64,000 nt of DNA from Polyangiales bacterium (GTDB taxonomy: Bacteria; Myxococcota_A; Polyangia; Polyangiales; JADJQN01): assembly GCA_964202905.1 (NCBI GenBank), contig CAXNJO010000001.1, forward strand, positions 384,001 through 448,000. The letters are read 5' to 3'. The position numbers and the translations under genes were made by a program. Below the pieces are notes generated by a model. That model saw nothing but the letters and a program-made list of their open reading frames with translations, searched no databases and had not been told where the DNA came from. Below, piece after piece: positions 1-10,358 of this stretch. Position 1 is the stretch's first letter, and each line of letters opens with the position of its first letter.

Positions 1-630
1 GGCGAAGGCCTCGACGTCGGCACGCGTGACGCGACCGTTCGCGCCGGTGGGACGCACATGCCGCAGATCGACGCCGGCGTCGCGCGCGAGCTTGCGCGTC
101 GCGGGCGTCGCGAGCGGCTTCTCCGCGAAGTACGCGGGCGCAGCGGCCACGGCGGGCGCAGCAGACGCCGCGGGTGCGGCCGCAGCGGGCGCCTTCTTCG
201 CGAAGAAGCTCGAGCCGGGCAGCGACTCGCGGATGTCACCGACGGCCGTCGCCGCGGGTCCATCCGACTTCGCGGCGGGCGCCGCGGGCACACCGGCGGC
301 GACGCCCGTGTGCATGGCCGCAGGCGCGGCGGGCTGCGCGTGATTCGCCGCAGGCGCTGCAGGCGCCGTGTGGGTCGCGGCGCCTGCGCCACCGAGCTCG
401 ATCTGCACGAGCACCGCGCCGACCTTCACGACCTGCCCGACGGCCCCGCCGAGCGACGCGATGGTGCCCGCCTTCGGCGCGCCGATCGTGACGGTCGCCT
501 TGTCGGTCATGACCTCCACCATCGGGTCGTCTTCCTTGACGACGTCGCCCGTTTTGACGCTCCAGGCGACGATCTCGCCCTCGGTCACGCCCTCGCCGAT
601 GTCCGGAAGTCTGAAGTCGAAGATCGCCAT
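1..630 (-). CDS. Dihydrolipoamide acyltransferase (E2) of a 2-oxoacid dehydrogenase complex; 5' part only, runs off the window
   Basis: My translation from ATG 630 gives MAIFDFRLPDIGEGVTEGEIVAWSVKTGDVVKEDDPMVEVMTDKATV, a lipoyl domain with the TDKA lipoyl-Lys, then an Ala/Pro linker and an E3-binding-like segment. It follows E1 beta. Not in the ORF track because there is no stop in the window. Confidence 0.93.
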   Translation of the reverse strand, partial: MAIFDFRLPDIGEGVTEGEIVAWSVKTGDVVKEDDPMVEVMTDKATVTIGAPKAGTIASLGGAVGQVVKVGAVLVQIELGGAGAATHTAPAAPAANHAQPAAPAAMHTGVAAGVPAAPAAKSDGPAATAVGDIRESLPGSSFFAKKAPAAAAPAASAAPAVAAAPAYFAEKPLATPATRKLARDAGVDLRHVRPTGANGRVTRADVEAFA

Positions 631-660
631 GGTCTGCTGGTCCTCAAAAATGGGGGCGAC

Positions 661-1638
661 TCAGAACTTCGCCGTCTCGATGAGCGCCGGCGTGATCCGA
701 TGCTGGAGCGGCAGGTAGTCCGTCTCGAGCGTGTAGGGGAACGGGGTGTCCCAGCCCGTGACGCGGACCGGCGGCGCCTCGAGGTGGAGGAAGGCCTTCT
801 CGCTGATGAGCGTGAGGATCTCCGCGCCAAAGCCGCAGGTCTTCGGGGCCTCGTGCACCACGACGACGCGGCCCGTCCTCTTCACGCTCTCGACGATCGT
901 GTCGAGGTCGAGCGGCCAGAGCGTGCGCAGGTCGATGACCTCCGCCTCGATGCCCTCGCGCGCGGAGACCTCCTCGGCCGAGGCGAGCGCCTCGTAGAGC
1001 ATCGCGCCCCACGCGACGACCGTGACGTGCTTGCCCTCGCGCACGACCTTCGCCTCCGAGAGCGGGATCGTGTACTCGCCCTCGGGCACCTCGCCCTTGG
1101 CCGCGCGGTACACGCGCTTCGGCTCGAAGAAGAGGACCGGATCTTCGTCGCGGATCGCGGAGAGCAGCAAGCCCTTCGCGTCGTAGGGATTCGACGGACA
1201 CACCACCTTCAATCCCGCGGTGTGGATGAACAGCGATTCAGGCGACTGCGAGTGGTAGTGACCGCCGCGGATGCCGCCGCCGACCGGCGTGCGGATCACC
1301 ATCGGGCAGGTGTACTCGCCGCCCGAGCGATAGCGGTATTTGGCCGCCTCGCTGACGATCTGGTCGAAGGCCGGGAAGATGAAGTCGGCGAACTGGATCT
1401 CGGGCACCGGGCGCAGCCCGTAGAGCGCCATGCCGATCGCCGCGCCGATGATGCCGCCCTCGGCGAGCGGCGTGTCGATCACGCGGTCGTCGCCGAACTC
1501 GTCGTAGAGCCCCTGCGTCACGCGGAAGACGCCGCCGACCTTGCCGACGTCTTCGCCGAGCACCACCACGCGGTCGTCACGGCGCATCTCGAGGCGCAGC
1601 GCGTCGTTGATCGCCTGCACCATGTTCATCTCGGTCAT
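661..1638 (-). CDS. 2-oxoacid dehydrogenase E1 beta subunit (branched-chain type likely)
   Basis: GEDVGKVGGVFRVT, DTPLAE, EIQFADF, GGHYHSQSPE and IDLRTLWPLD motifs. Confidence 0.95.
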   Translation of the reverse strand: MTEMNMVQAINDALRLEMRRDDRVVVLGEDVGKVGGVFRVTQGLYDEFGDDRVIDTPLAEGGIIGAAIGMALYGLRPVPEIQFADFIFPAFDQIVSEAAKYRYRSGGEYTCPMVIRTPVGGGIRGGHYHSQSPESLFIHTAGLKVVCPSNPYDAKGLLLSAIRDEDPVLFFEPKRVYRAAKGEVPEGEYTIPLSEAKVVREGKHVTVVAWGAMLYEALASAEEVSAREGIEAEVIDLRTLWPLDLDTIVESVKRTGRVVVVHEAPKTCGFGAEILTLISEKAFLHLEAPPVRVTGWDTPFPYTLETDYLPLQHRITPALIETAKF

Positions 1639-1714
1639 CGGGCTCTTCTCCGGATCTCTGAAACGAACGGTCTCTGACTCGAACGATCGCGGGATGGGAA
1701 CGCGGGAAACAGGC

Positions 1715-2866
1715 TCAGTGGTGCGCCTGCGGGCGCGGCCCCTCGAGGCACTCGCGCTCCTGCTCGATCAGGTACTTCGGCTTCTCGGCGAAGACGTCGT
1801 CGAAGAGCGTGGAGAGCGCGGGGCGCGGCGTCGCCTCGGCCACCTCGATGCACGCCTTCAGCTCGGCGTCGACGTCGGCGCGGAGCTTCGCGTCCTCTTC
1901 GTCGCTGATCGCGCCGAGCGTCTCGAGGTGCTTGCGCAGGCGGAGGATCGGGTCGGCCTTGCGCCAGTGCGTGACCTCGTCCTCGACGCGGTAGGCGCGC
2001 GGATCGTCGGAGGTCGAGTGGCCGCTCAGGCGGTAGGTCATCATCTCGATGAGCGTCGGGCCACCGCCCGCCGCGGCGAACTCGACCGCCGCGCGCGCCG
2101 TCTTGTAGACGGCGAGCACGTCGTTGCCGTCGCAGCGGACCGCGGGGACGCCGTAGGCGACGCCCTTCTCGGCGAAGGTGCGCGTCGCGGTCTGCTTCTC
2201 GCTCGGCACGCTGATCGCCCAGCCGTTGTTGCGGCAGAGCATCACGGTCGGCGTCTTGAACACGCCCGCGAAGTTCATCGCGGTGTGGAACTCGTTCGAC
2301 GAGGTCGCGCCCTCGCCGAAGTACGCGCTCGTGACGAGGTCGTCCTTCTTGAGCTTCGCGGCCCAGGCGAAGCCGACGGCCTGCGTCATCTGCGTGCCGA
2401 TGGGCGAGCTGACCGAGCCGAACTTGTACGGCTTGCCGGTGTAGTGGTCCGGCATCTGCCGGCCCTTGGCCGGGTCGTTCGCGTTGCCGAACATGTTGTC
2501 GACGTAGGCCTGCAGCGGCATCCCGCGCCAGAGCAGCGCGCCGAACTCGCGGTAGCAGGGGAAGATCCAGTCCTGATCGCGCATCGCCGCGGCGCTCGCG
2601 AGGATGCACGCCTCTTCGCCGAGCGAGCCGATGTGGAAGCCGATGCGGCCCTGCCGCTGCAGCGTCACGAGGCGCTCGTCGATGACGCGCGTGCGCACCA
2701 TCGCGACGTAGAGCTTCTTGACGAGCGCGAGCGGGAGGCGCGGATCCTGCGCGGGATCGGCGGTGCCGTCCGCACGGATCACGCTCGCGATGCCCTCGAG
2801 GCTGCGCTCCGGCGTGCGGATGCCCGCGCCGCCGTGGATGGCCTTCACGTTGGTTTCGACCTGCAT
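1715..2866 (-). CDS. 2-oxoacid dehydrogenase E1 alpha subunit (branched-chain type likely)
   Basis: C-terminal part of ORF 1715..3667 from MQVETNV (ATG overlaps the lipA stop). Motifs LQRQGRIGF, GRQMPDH, TPP motif FGEGATS...NN, HSTSDDPRAYR. Confidence 0.93.
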   Translation of the reverse strand: MQVETNVKAIHGGAGIRTPERSLEGIASVIRADGTADPAQDPRLPLALVKKLYVAMVRTRVIDERLVTLQRQGRIGFHIGSLGEEACILASAAAMRDQDWIFPCYREFGALLWRGMPLQAYVDNMFGNANDPAKGRQMPDHYTGKPYKFGSVSSPIGTQMTQAVGFAWAAKLKKDDLVTSAYFGEGATSSNEFHTAMNFAGVFKTPTVMLCRNNGWAISVPSEKQTATRTFAEKGVAYGVPAVRCDGNDVLAVYKTARAAVEFAAAGGGPTLIEMMTYRLSGHSTSDDPRAYRVEDEVTHWRKADPILRLRKHLETLGAISDEEDAKLRADVDAELKACIEVAEATPRPALSTLFDDVFAEKPKYLIEQERECLEGPRPQAHH

Positions 2867-3819
2867 CACGTCACCACCTTCAGCGAGTGCTTCTGCCGTT
2901 TGCCGTACTTGTCTTCGAACGTGCGCGGCACGCCGCGGAGGATGCCCTTCAGGAACGCCTCCGCCGCGCGGTAGCTCGAGCGCACGAGCGGGCCCGACGC
3001 GACGAAGCGGAAGCCGAGCGCGCGGCCCGCCTCCTCGTAGCGCGCGAACTCCGCGGGCTCGACGTAGCGCACGAGCGGCGCGTGCTTCGGCGTCGGGCGG
3101 AGGTACTGCCCGATCGTCACGACGTCGACGTCGGCGGCGCGCAGCGACGCGAGCGCCTCGAGGACTTCGTCTTCCGTCTCGCCGCAGCCGACCATGAGCG
3201 ACGACTTCGTGTAGGCGGCGCCCGCTTCGCGCGCGACGCGCAGGACGTCGATCGAGCGCTCCCAGCTGCAGCGGTGATCGCGCATCGCCCTCTGCAGGCG
3301 CGGCACGACCTCGACGTTGTGCGCGAAGACGTCGGGGCGGCCCTCGGCGACGACCGTCTCGACGTCGGCGCGCACGCCCGCGAAGTCGCCGACGAGCGTC
3401 TCGACGAGCAGCTCGGGCGCGTGGTGTTTGATGCGCTGCACCGTCTGCGCGACGTGCGCCGCGCCGCCGTCGAGGAGGTCGTCGCGGTCGACCATGGTGA
3501 GCACGACGTACGCGAGGTCGAGCTCGCCGAGCGCGCGGCCGACGTGCTCGGGCTCGCGCGGGTCGTAGGCGCCGCGCGGGTTGCCCGTCTGCACGGCGCA
3601 GAAGGAGCAGCCCCGCGTGCAGGTGTCGCCGAGGATCATCAGCGTCGCGGTGCCCTCGCCCCAGCACTCACCGATGTTCGGGCAGCGCGCCTCCTCGCAG
3701 ACCGTGTGCAGGTCGAGGCGGCGGAAGGTGTCCTTCAGCTGCGCGTAGCGCTCCCCGCCCGGCATGCGGACCTTGAGCCAGTCGGGCTTCTTCGGGGGGG
3801 TCGGCGTGGGCTGCGTCAT
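2866..3819 (-). CDS. lipA: Lipoyl synthase
   Basis: KPDWLKV, CEEARCPNIGEC auxiliary-cluster motif, radical-SAM CTRGCSFC, and GPLVRSSY. Confidence 0.97.
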   Translation of the reverse strand: MTQPTPTPPKKPDWLKVRMPGGERYAQLKDTFRRLDLHTVCEEARCPNIGECWGEGTATLMILGDTCTRGCSFCAVQTGNPRGAYDPREPEHVGRALGELDLAYVVLTMVDRDDLLDGGAAHVAQTVQRIKHHAPELLVETLVGDFAGVRADVETVVAEGRPDVFAHNVEVVPRLQRAMRDHRCSWERSIDVLRVAREAGAAYTKSSLMVGCGETEDEVLEALASLRAADVDVVTIGQYLRPTPKHAPLVRYVEPAEFARYEEAGRALGFRFVASGPLVRSSYRAAEAFLKGILRGVPRTFEDKYGKRQKHSLKVVT

Positions 3820-4051
3820 GGGTCGTACGTCGGGCCGGCGTGCGTCGGCGTAAAGCCCGGGCAGGCGCGAAACCTAGTCGGGCGCAGGGTGCCGTGTCAA
3901 CCGTCCGCGCGCGCCGTGCGTGCACGCCGCACCGCGTTTTTCCCCGGAAAGGTCGGGGCCAGCGACGCAATGCGTCAAGGTCGTTGACGTATCGGCGCCG
4001 CGGCCGACGCACGCGGACGCAGCAAGGACCTTGAGCCTTTCCGCTGACCGC

Positions 4052-4096
4052 GTGGTGGCCCGCCGCGGAGGGCGTGTGGTTGACCGCCGCGGAGGG
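4052..4096. repeat. Imperfect 21-bp direct repeat x2 (GTGGTKGMCCGCCGCGGAGGG, 24-bp period) in the divergent lipA/DUF2330 intergenic region
   Basis: gtggtggcccgccgcggaggg at 4052-4072 and gtggttgaccgccgcggaggg at 4076-4096. Confidence 0.6.
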
Positions 4097-4153
4097 GGCG
4101 TGGTGTGCTGGCGGACGATCCGCTTCGCTTCCCTGCCACGCTCCGGAGGTCCC

Positions 4154-5452
4154 ATGTCGTCGAAGATCGCCACGGCGCTGCTCGCGCTGTCGTTGCTCAC
4201 TGCGGCCCCGCTCGCCGCGCCGCGCGTCGCCTCCGCCTGCGGCGGCTGCTTCGCCCCGATGGGCACGCCGAACATCGTCACGCAGCACCGCATGGCGGTC
4301 GCCCTCTCGGGCCGCGAGACGACGCTCTGGGACCAGATCCAGTACGCAGGCGCGCCGGAGGACTTCGTCTGGGTGCTGCCGGTGAGCGCGGGCGTCGAGG
4401 TGGAGCTCGCGGACAACGCGTTCTTCGAGGCGCTCGCGGCCGGGACGCAGATCACGATGACGGCGCCGCTGCCCCCGCTGCCCTGCTTCTGCGCCGACAG
4501 CGGCTTCGGCTGCGGCATGGCCGCCTCGGACTCGGTGGCGCGCGGGGCCTTCCCGCCGTCCGTCGAGGACGACGGCGGCGTCACGGTCTTTCACGAGGGC
4601 AACATCGGCCCTTACGAGACGGCCACCGTGCAGTCGGACGACGCGATGGCGCTCGTCGACTGGCTGCAGTCGCGGGGCTACGGCGTGCCCGACCAGATCG
4701 TGCCGACGATCGCGCACTACAGCGACCTCGGCCTCGCGTTCGCGGTGCTGCGTCTGCGGCCGAGCGTCGGCGTCCAGCAGATGCAGCCCGTGCGCATCAC
4801 GGTGCCCGGGCTCGCGCCGACCTTCCCGCTGCGCATGGTCTCGGCGGGCGCGACGGAGACGCTCGCGCTCGAGCTCTACGTCTTCGCCGAGGGGCGCAGC
4901 CAGACCATGAACATGGAGACGCTGGAGCTCGATCGGGCCGCCATCACCTTCGACTGGGCGACGGGCGCCTTCGACTACGATGCGCGCTTCGACGCCGCGA
5001 TCCGCGACGCGGGCGGGCGCGCGTGGGTGGCCGAGTACGCGGGGCCGCTGCCGGCCATCACCTCGGCGTACGCGAGCCTCGACCCGGTCGACGGCACGTC
5101 GCACACGCCGACCGACGACCTCGAGCGCGTGCGGCGCGGGCTCCCCGCGCAGCTCGTCCTGACCAAGCTGCGCACGCGCATGTCGCCGAACCTGCTCGAC
5201 CGCGACCTCGTGCTCGGCGCGGCCTACACGGAAGCGGAGCTCAGCACGCGGATCGACGTCACCCGCGAGCTCAACCGCGCGCCCGACCCGGACTGCGCCA
5301 CCGCGTGCGGCGACGGCCCCTCCGAGTTCGAGGGCTGCAGCGTCCACGACGAGGCCCACCGCCCGCGCCGCGATCGCGGGCTGCCGCTCGCGCTCGCGCT
5401 GCTCGCCGCGCCGCTCGCCTTGTGGCTGCGCCGCCGTGGGCGTCGGCGCTGA
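4154..5452 (+). CDS. DUF2330-like secreted protein with a MYXO-CTERM-like C-terminal anchor
   Basis: GGAGG precedes ATG 4154. Signal peptide, then ACGGCF, TTLWDQIQYAG, FVWVLPV, WLQSRGY and PLRMV. C-terminal GCSV..., hydrophobic helix and RRRGRRR. Confidence 0.75.
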   Translation: MSSKIATALLALSLLTAAPLAAPRVASACGGCFAPMGTPNIVTQHRMAVALSGRETTLWDQIQYAGAPEDFVWVLPVSAGVEVELADNAFFEALAAGTQITMTAPLPPLPCFCADSGFGCGMAASDSVARGAFPPSVEDDGGVTVFHEGNIGPYETATVQSDDAMALVDWLQSRGYGVPDQIVPTIAHYSDLGLAFAVLRLRPSVGVQQMQPVRITVPGLAPTFPLRMVSAGATETLALELYVFAEGRSQTMNMETLELDRAAITFDWATGAFDYDARFDAAIRDAGGRAWVAEYAGPLPAITSAYASLDPVDGTSHTPTDDLERVRRGLPAQLVLTKLRTRMSPNLLDRDLVLGAAYTEAELSTRIDVTRELNRAPDPDCATACGDGPSEFEGCSVHDEAHRPRRDRGLPLALALLAAPLALWLRRRGRRR

Positions 5453-5558
5453 GCGGCGACACATCAACCTCTTTGATATGTTGGCCGCGACGCGTCGTGC
5501 GACCGCGCAGCGCGCGGCCCTGCGTGCACCGGCGCGCGGCTCGCGTATCCTCGCGCGC

Positions 5559-6614
5559 GTGACCAAGCTGGCCGAGCGATGGACGGGCCTCGCGGCGGTG
5601 CCGCGGATCGCGCTCGCGACCCTGCCGACGCCGGTCGAGCGGCTCGCGCAGGTCTCCGAGCGGGCGGGCGCCGAGGTCTGGGTGAAGCGCGACGACCTGA
5701 CCTCGCCGGCCTACGGCGGCAACAAGGTGCGCAAGCTCGAGTACCTGCTCGGCGCGGCGCGCGCGGCCGGCGCCGACACGCTGATCACCGTGGGCGCGCT
5801 CGGCTCGCACCACGTGCTCGCGACCTCGATCTTCGGCGCGCAGGAGGGCTTCGACGTGCACGCGGTGCTCGGCCCGCAGCCGGGCACGGCGCACGTGATC
5901 GAGAGCGCGCGCTGCGACCTCGCCGCAGGCGCGACGCTGCACGCGGTGCCGACCTTCGCGCTCGTGCCCGTCGCGGCGCATGCGCTCGCGCTGCGGCTGC
6001 GGCTGCAGGGGCGCACGCCGTTCGTGATCCCCGCGGGCGGCTCGTCGGAGGTCGGCGCGCTCGGCTACGTCGAGGCGGGCGTCGAGCTCGCCGCGCAGCT
6101 CGACGCCCGCGCGCTCCCGGAGCCGCGCGCCATCCACATCGCGCTCGGCACGGGCGGCACCGTCGCGGGCGCCGCCGTCGGGCTCGCGGCGTGCGGCGTG
6201 ACGGCCGAGATCGTCGGCGTGCGCGTGACGGATCCCGCGCTCTCGAACCGCGTCGTGCTCGGGCGGCTCGTGCACCGCATGGTCGCGCGCCTGCGCACGC
6301 TCGACCCGCGCTTCCCCGACGTCGCGGACCTCGCGCTCTCGCGCATCCGCATCGAGCCGCGCGAGCTCGGGCGCGGCTACGGCGTCGCGACGGACGCGGC
6401 GCGCTTCGCAGACGGGCTCGCGCGCGTGGACGGGATCGCGCTCGAGACGACGTACACCGCCAAGACCCTCGCGGGCCTCATGCGCGACGCCGCGGGGCGC
6501 GCGCCCCGCACGCCGCTGCTCTACTGGCACACGCTCTCGAGCGCGGACCTCGCGCCGCTGCTCGCGCGCGCTCCCTCGGCCCTGCCGCGCACGATCGCGG
6601 CGCTGGCGCGCTGA
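5559..6614 (+). CDS. PLP-dependent D-cysteine desulfhydrase / ACC deaminase family protein
   Basis: LPTPVERL, VKRDDL, GGNKVRKLEY, PAGGS, GTGGT and YTAK. Start GTG 5559 chosen; the ORF is open from 5436. Confidence 0.88.
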   Translation: MTKLAERWTGLAAVPRIALATLPTPVERLAQVSERAGAEVWVKRDDLTSPAYGGNKVRKLEYLLGAARAAGADTLITVGALGSHHVLATSIFGAQEGFDVHAVLGPQPGTAHVIESARCDLAAGATLHAVPTFALVPVAAHALALRLRLQGRTPFVIPAGGSSEVGALGYVEAGVELAAQLDARALPEPRAIHIALGTGGTVAGAAVGLAACGVTAEIVGVRVTDPALSNRVVLGRLVHRMVARLRTLDPRFPDVADLALSRIRIEPRELGRGYGVATDAARFADGLARVDGIALETTYTAKTLAGLMRDAAGRAPRTPLLYWHTLSSADLAPLLARAPSALPRTIAALAR

Positions 6615-6620
6615 GGCGCG

Positions 6621-7523
6621 ATGCACGCGCTCCTCGAGGCCCTCCGCGGCTCGGACGCCCCGCTCTGGCAGTGGGCCGCGCGGATCGGCGGCACGCTGGT
6701 GGTACTCGTCGGGGCCGCGATCGCCTGGAAACTCGTGGGTTTCGCGGTGCGCGCGATCGAAGCCCGCGCGACGGCGGAGGGCTCGGACCCGCAGCGCGCG
6801 CGCGGCGTCGTCACCCAGGCGAAGGTGCTCGGGCGCGTGCTGCACATCGCGGTCGTGGTCGTCGGCGGCGCGCTCGTGCTCGTGCAGTACGACGTGCTCC
6901 GCACCGTGGGCGTCTCGTTGCTCGCGAGCGCGGGCGTCGCCGGCATCGTGCTCGGCGTCGCGGCGCAGCGCCCGATCGGCGCGCTGCTCGCGGGCTTGCA
7001 GCTCTCGTTCACGCAGCCCGTGCGCATCGGCGATCAGGTGGTGGTCGAGGGCGAGTTCGGCACGGTGGAGGAGCTCACGCTGAGCTACGCGGTCGTCAAG
7101 CTCGGCGACCAGCGCCGGCTCGTGGTGCCGGTCACGCATTTCCTCGAAAAGCCCTTCGAAAACTGGACGCGCATGGACCCGGCGCTCGTCGGCGCGGTGG
7201 TCCTGCACGTGGACTTCAAGGCCCCGATCGAGACGCTGCGGCGCGAGGCGCTCGCCTTCATCGAGACGCACCCGTGCTGGGACGGCGTGACCCGCACGCT
7301 CGCCGTGAGCGAGATGGGACCGCGCACCATGACGCTGCGCGCCAGCGCGAGCGCGGCCGACGCCGAGCGCATGTTCACGCTGCGCAACGACCTGCGCGAA
7401 CACCTCATCACGTGCCTGCAAGACCTCGACGGCGGCGCGTATTTGCCGAAGGATCGCATCGGCCACGCGGACGACATGCCACCCCCGCAGCTCGAGGGCG
7501 GCGATCCCTTCTCTCGCAACTGA
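6621..7523 (+). CDS. Small-conductance mechanosensitive channel (MscS family)
   Basis: N-terminal TM helices, SLLASAGVAGIVLGVAAQ, QPVRIGDQV, GTVEEL and PFENWT. Confidence 0.9.
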   Translation: MHALLEALRGSDAPLWQWAARIGGTLVVLVGAAIAWKLVGFAVRAIEARATAEGSDPQRARGVVTQAKVLGRVLHIAVVVVGGALVLVQYDVLRTVGVSLLASAGVAGIVLGVAAQRPIGALLAGLQLSFTQPVRIGDQVVVEGEFGTVEELTLSYAVVKLGDQRRLVVPVTHFLEKPFENWTRMDPALVGAVVLHVDFKAPIETLRREALAFIETHPCWDGVTRTLAVSEMGPRTMTLRASASAADAERMFTLRNDLREHLITCLQDLDGGAYLPKDRIGHADDMPPPQLEGGDPFSRN

Positions 7524-7586
7524 ATTGCAGAAAACGGCCGCGTTGGGACGCCGGTTCGCGGCGCGGCCGGGCTACGCTGCGTGGCC

Positions 7587-8795
7587 ATGATCCCCCCGCT
7601 GTCGCCGCACGCCGAGGAGTTCCACGCCCGCCTGCTCGCCTTCATGGACGAGCACGTCTACCCCGCCGAGCGCACGCTCGCCGAGGCCCCGCGGCCACAC
7701 GGGGAGCGCTGGCACCCGCTGCCCGTCGTCGAGTCGCTCAAGCAGGAGGCGCGCGCGCGGGGGCTGTGGAACCTCTTCCTCCCCGAGTCGGCGCACGGCG
7801 CGGGCCTCACGAACCGCGACTACGCGGCGCTCTGCGAAGTGATGGGCCGCTCGCCGCTGCTCGCACCCGAGGCGTGCAACTGCTCGGCGCCCGACACCGG
7901 CAACATGGAGGTGCTCGTCCGCTACGGCACCGAGGCGCAGAAGGCGCAGTGGCTCACGCCGCTGCTCGCGGGCGAGATCCGCTCCTGCTTCGCGATGACC
8001 GAGCCCGACGTCGCCTCGTCGGACGCGACGAACATCGCCTGCCGCATCGCGAAGGACGGCGACGACTACGTGATCGACGGCCGCAAGTGGTGGACGACGG
8101 GCGCGCCCGATCCGCGCTGCGCCGTCGCGATCGTCATGGGCCGCACGCGCGAGGACGGGCCGCGGCACCTGCAGCAGTCGATGGTGCTCGTGCCGATGGA
8201 CGCGCCGGGCCTGCGCCTCGTCCGGCCGCTCACCGTCTTCGGCTACGACGACGCGCCGCACGGCCACGCGGAGCTCGTCTTCGAGAACGTGCGCGTGCCG
8301 CGCGCGAACGTGCTGCTCGGCGAGGGGCGCGGCTTCGAGATCGCGCAGGGCCGCCTCGGGCCGGGCCGCATCCACCACTGCATGCGCCTCGTCGGCATGG
8401 CCGAGCGCGCGCTCGAGCTGATGTGCGCGCGCGTGAAGGCGCGGGTCGCCTTCGGCATCCCGCTCGCCGAGCAGGGCACCATCCGCCGCGACATCGCGCG
8501 CTCGCGCGTCGAGATCGATCAGGCGCGCCTGCTCACGCTGCACGCCGCGCACCGCATGGACACGGTCGGCAATCAGGTCGCGCGCGCCGAGATCGCGATG
8601 ATCAAGGTCGTCGCGCCGCAGATGGCGCTCGACGTGCTCGACCGCGCCATCCAGGCCTTCGGCGGCGCGGGCGTCAGCCAGGACACCCCGCTCGCGCACA
8701 TGTGGGCCGCGGCGCGCACCCTGCGCCTCGCCGACGGCCCCGACGAGGTGCACCTCGAGTCGCTCGCGAAGCTCGAGCTCAAGAAGGGCGGCTGA
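7587..8795 (+). CDS. Acyl-CoA dehydrogenase (ACAD10/11, FadE2-like)
   Basis: [49 protein letters not shown] and [11 protein letters not shown]. Confidence 0.95.
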   Translation: MIPPLSPHAEEFHARLLAFMDEHVYPAERTLAEAPRPHGERWHPLPVVESLKQEARARGLWNLFLPESAHGAGLTNRDYAALCEVMGRSPLLAPEACNCSAPDTGNMEVLVRYGTEAQKAQWLTPLLAGEIRSCFAMTEPDVASSDATNIACRIAKDGDDYVIDGRKWWTTGAPDPRCAVAIVMGRTREDGPRHLQQSMVLVPMDAPGLRLVRPLTVFGYDDAPHGHAELVFENVRVPRANVLLGEGRGFEIAQGRLGPGRIHHCMRLVGMAERALELMCARVKARVAFGIPLAEQGTIRRDIARSRVEIDQARLLTLHAAHRMDTVGNQVARAEIAMIKVVAPQMALDVLDRAIQAFGGAGVSQDTPLAHMWAAARTLRLADGPDEVHLESLAKLELKKGG

Positions 8796-9275
8796 GCGCG
8801 CGGCGGGCGCGGGCCGCGCGGCGGGTCGCACCGAGCACGACGAGCAGCGCGAGCCACGCGTAAACCATCGAATTTACGGCTGATCCGCGCGCGATGCGGC
8901 AGCCGCAGCCGCCGTCGTCGGGCGCGTCGTGTCGCAGAAATCTTCACCATCGTATTCGATGGCGCCGATGTCCGACCTCGCGGCGTCGCGGGCGTTGCCG
9001 CAGCAGTCGTCGACGACCTCGGCGAGGGGTGCGCGTTGGTCGATGAACGCCGTCCCGTCGCGCAGCGTGAAGTCGGCCGCGCCCGGGTCCGCGAACCACG
9101 CGGCCCAGTCGCCATCCGCGAGCACGATCACGTCGCCCGCGACGGCCGCGTCGAGGGCGGCCCGCAGCGACGCGACGTCGGTCACGGGCACATCGCGCGC
9201 CGCGGCGAACGAGGGCACGGTGAGTGTCGCTGCGAGCACGAGGAGCGGGGCGACGAGGCGCGGGGACGCATGCAT
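8779..9275 (-). pseudogene. Internally deleted, frameshifted remnant of a secreted beta-helix-type protein with a MYXO-CTERM tail
   Basis: Signal peptide and VTDVASLRAALDAAVAGDVIVLADGD join directly to WFADPGAADFTL...DIGAIEY. A shifted frame at 8919-8779 reads [46 protein letters not shown]. Confidence 0.7.
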
Positions 9276-9307
9276 CCCTCGAAGGTCAGGCAGAGCAGGC
9301 GCAGGGG

Positions 9308-10276
9308 TCAATCACGCGCGTCGACGCGCTGCGCGAGCACGAGCGCCGCGAGCGCGCGGCCGCTCTCCCAGGCGGCCTCGATGCGCGGGCCGAGCATCCC
9401 ATCGCCCGCGACGCCGAGGCCGCGCGCCGCGTCGTAGAGCGCGGGCACGCCGAGCGGCGCGACGACGCGCGCGAAGCGCCAGCGGTGCGCCTGCGCGAAG
9501 CGGACGCGCAGATCGCCGAAGCCGGGCCACGCGCGGAGGGCCGCGACGAGGGCCGAGGACACGGCTTCGTCCGAGTCTTCGAGGTGCGCGACGGAAAACG
9601 CGCTCGACGCATGCACCACGAGACGCACGAGCGCGTCGTCGGGCAGGCGCCCGGGCTTGTGGCCCTCGCGGACGAGCAGCGAGATGGCGTCGCGGTCCGC
9701 GCCATCCGTGAAGGTGCGCGCGGGCCACGCCACGCCCTCCGCGTCGCAGAGCAGGAGCAGGGCCCACGTCGGCGCGTATTGCACGCGTGCGAGCGGCTCC
9801 TCGAACACGCCATGCGGCGCGAGCAGCGCGGCGCTCTGCGGCGCGGGCGCGGTGAACAGGACGACGTCGAAGGGGCCGGGATCGTCGCCGCCCTCGAGCG
9901 CGAGGCGCCACGCGCGCTTCGCGCGGCGCAACCCCGTCACGCGCGTCGAGACGCGCACCTCGAGCCCCACGGCGAGCGCGCGCGCGAGCGCGTTCGCGTC
10001 GGGCTGCGGCAGCCACCACGGCTCGTACGACACGGACTCGGTCCGCGCGACGACGCCCGCGCGCTCCCAGGCCGCGACCTCCGCGCGGAAGGCCTCCCCG
10101 CGCGCGCTGAAGCGCTGCGCGCCATGGTCGAACGCGCCCTGTTCGCGGCGTCGCGTCGCGACCCGCCCGCCCACGGTGCGCCCCTTGTCGAACACGGCGA
10201 CCTCGCAGCCCGCGTCGCGCAGCGTGCGCGCAAGCACGAGCCCCGAGACCCCGGCTCCGACGACCGCCGCGCGCAT
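9308..10276 (-). CDS. Renalase-like FAD/NAD(P)-dependent oxidoreductase
   Basis: MRAAVVGAGVSG, DKGRTVGGRVATRR, FDHGAQRF, HRWRFA and AGDG...IEAAWESG. Confidence 0.88.
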   Translation of the reverse strand: MRAAVVGAGVSGLVLARTLRDAGCEVAVFDKGRTVGGRVATRRREQGAFDHGAQRFSARGEAFRAEVAAWERAGVVARTESVSYEPWWLPQPDANALARALAVGLEVRVSTRVTGLRRAKRAWRLALEGGDDPGPFDVVLFTAPAPQSAALLAPHGVFEEPLARVQYAPTWALLLLCDAEGVAWPARTFTDGADRDAISLLVREGHKPGRLPDDALVRLVVHASSAFSVAHLEDSDEAVSSALVAALRAWPGFGDLRVRFAQAHRWRFARVVAPLGVPALYDAARGLGVAGDGMLGPRIEAAWESGRALAALVLAQRVDARD

Positions 10277-10358
10277 GACCGTGGGCTTAGCAGGTGTCCC
10301 CCTCTCACTCACCACGGCGAACTTCGAAAACGCGCCGTGTCGATGGCAACCTCGGCCC

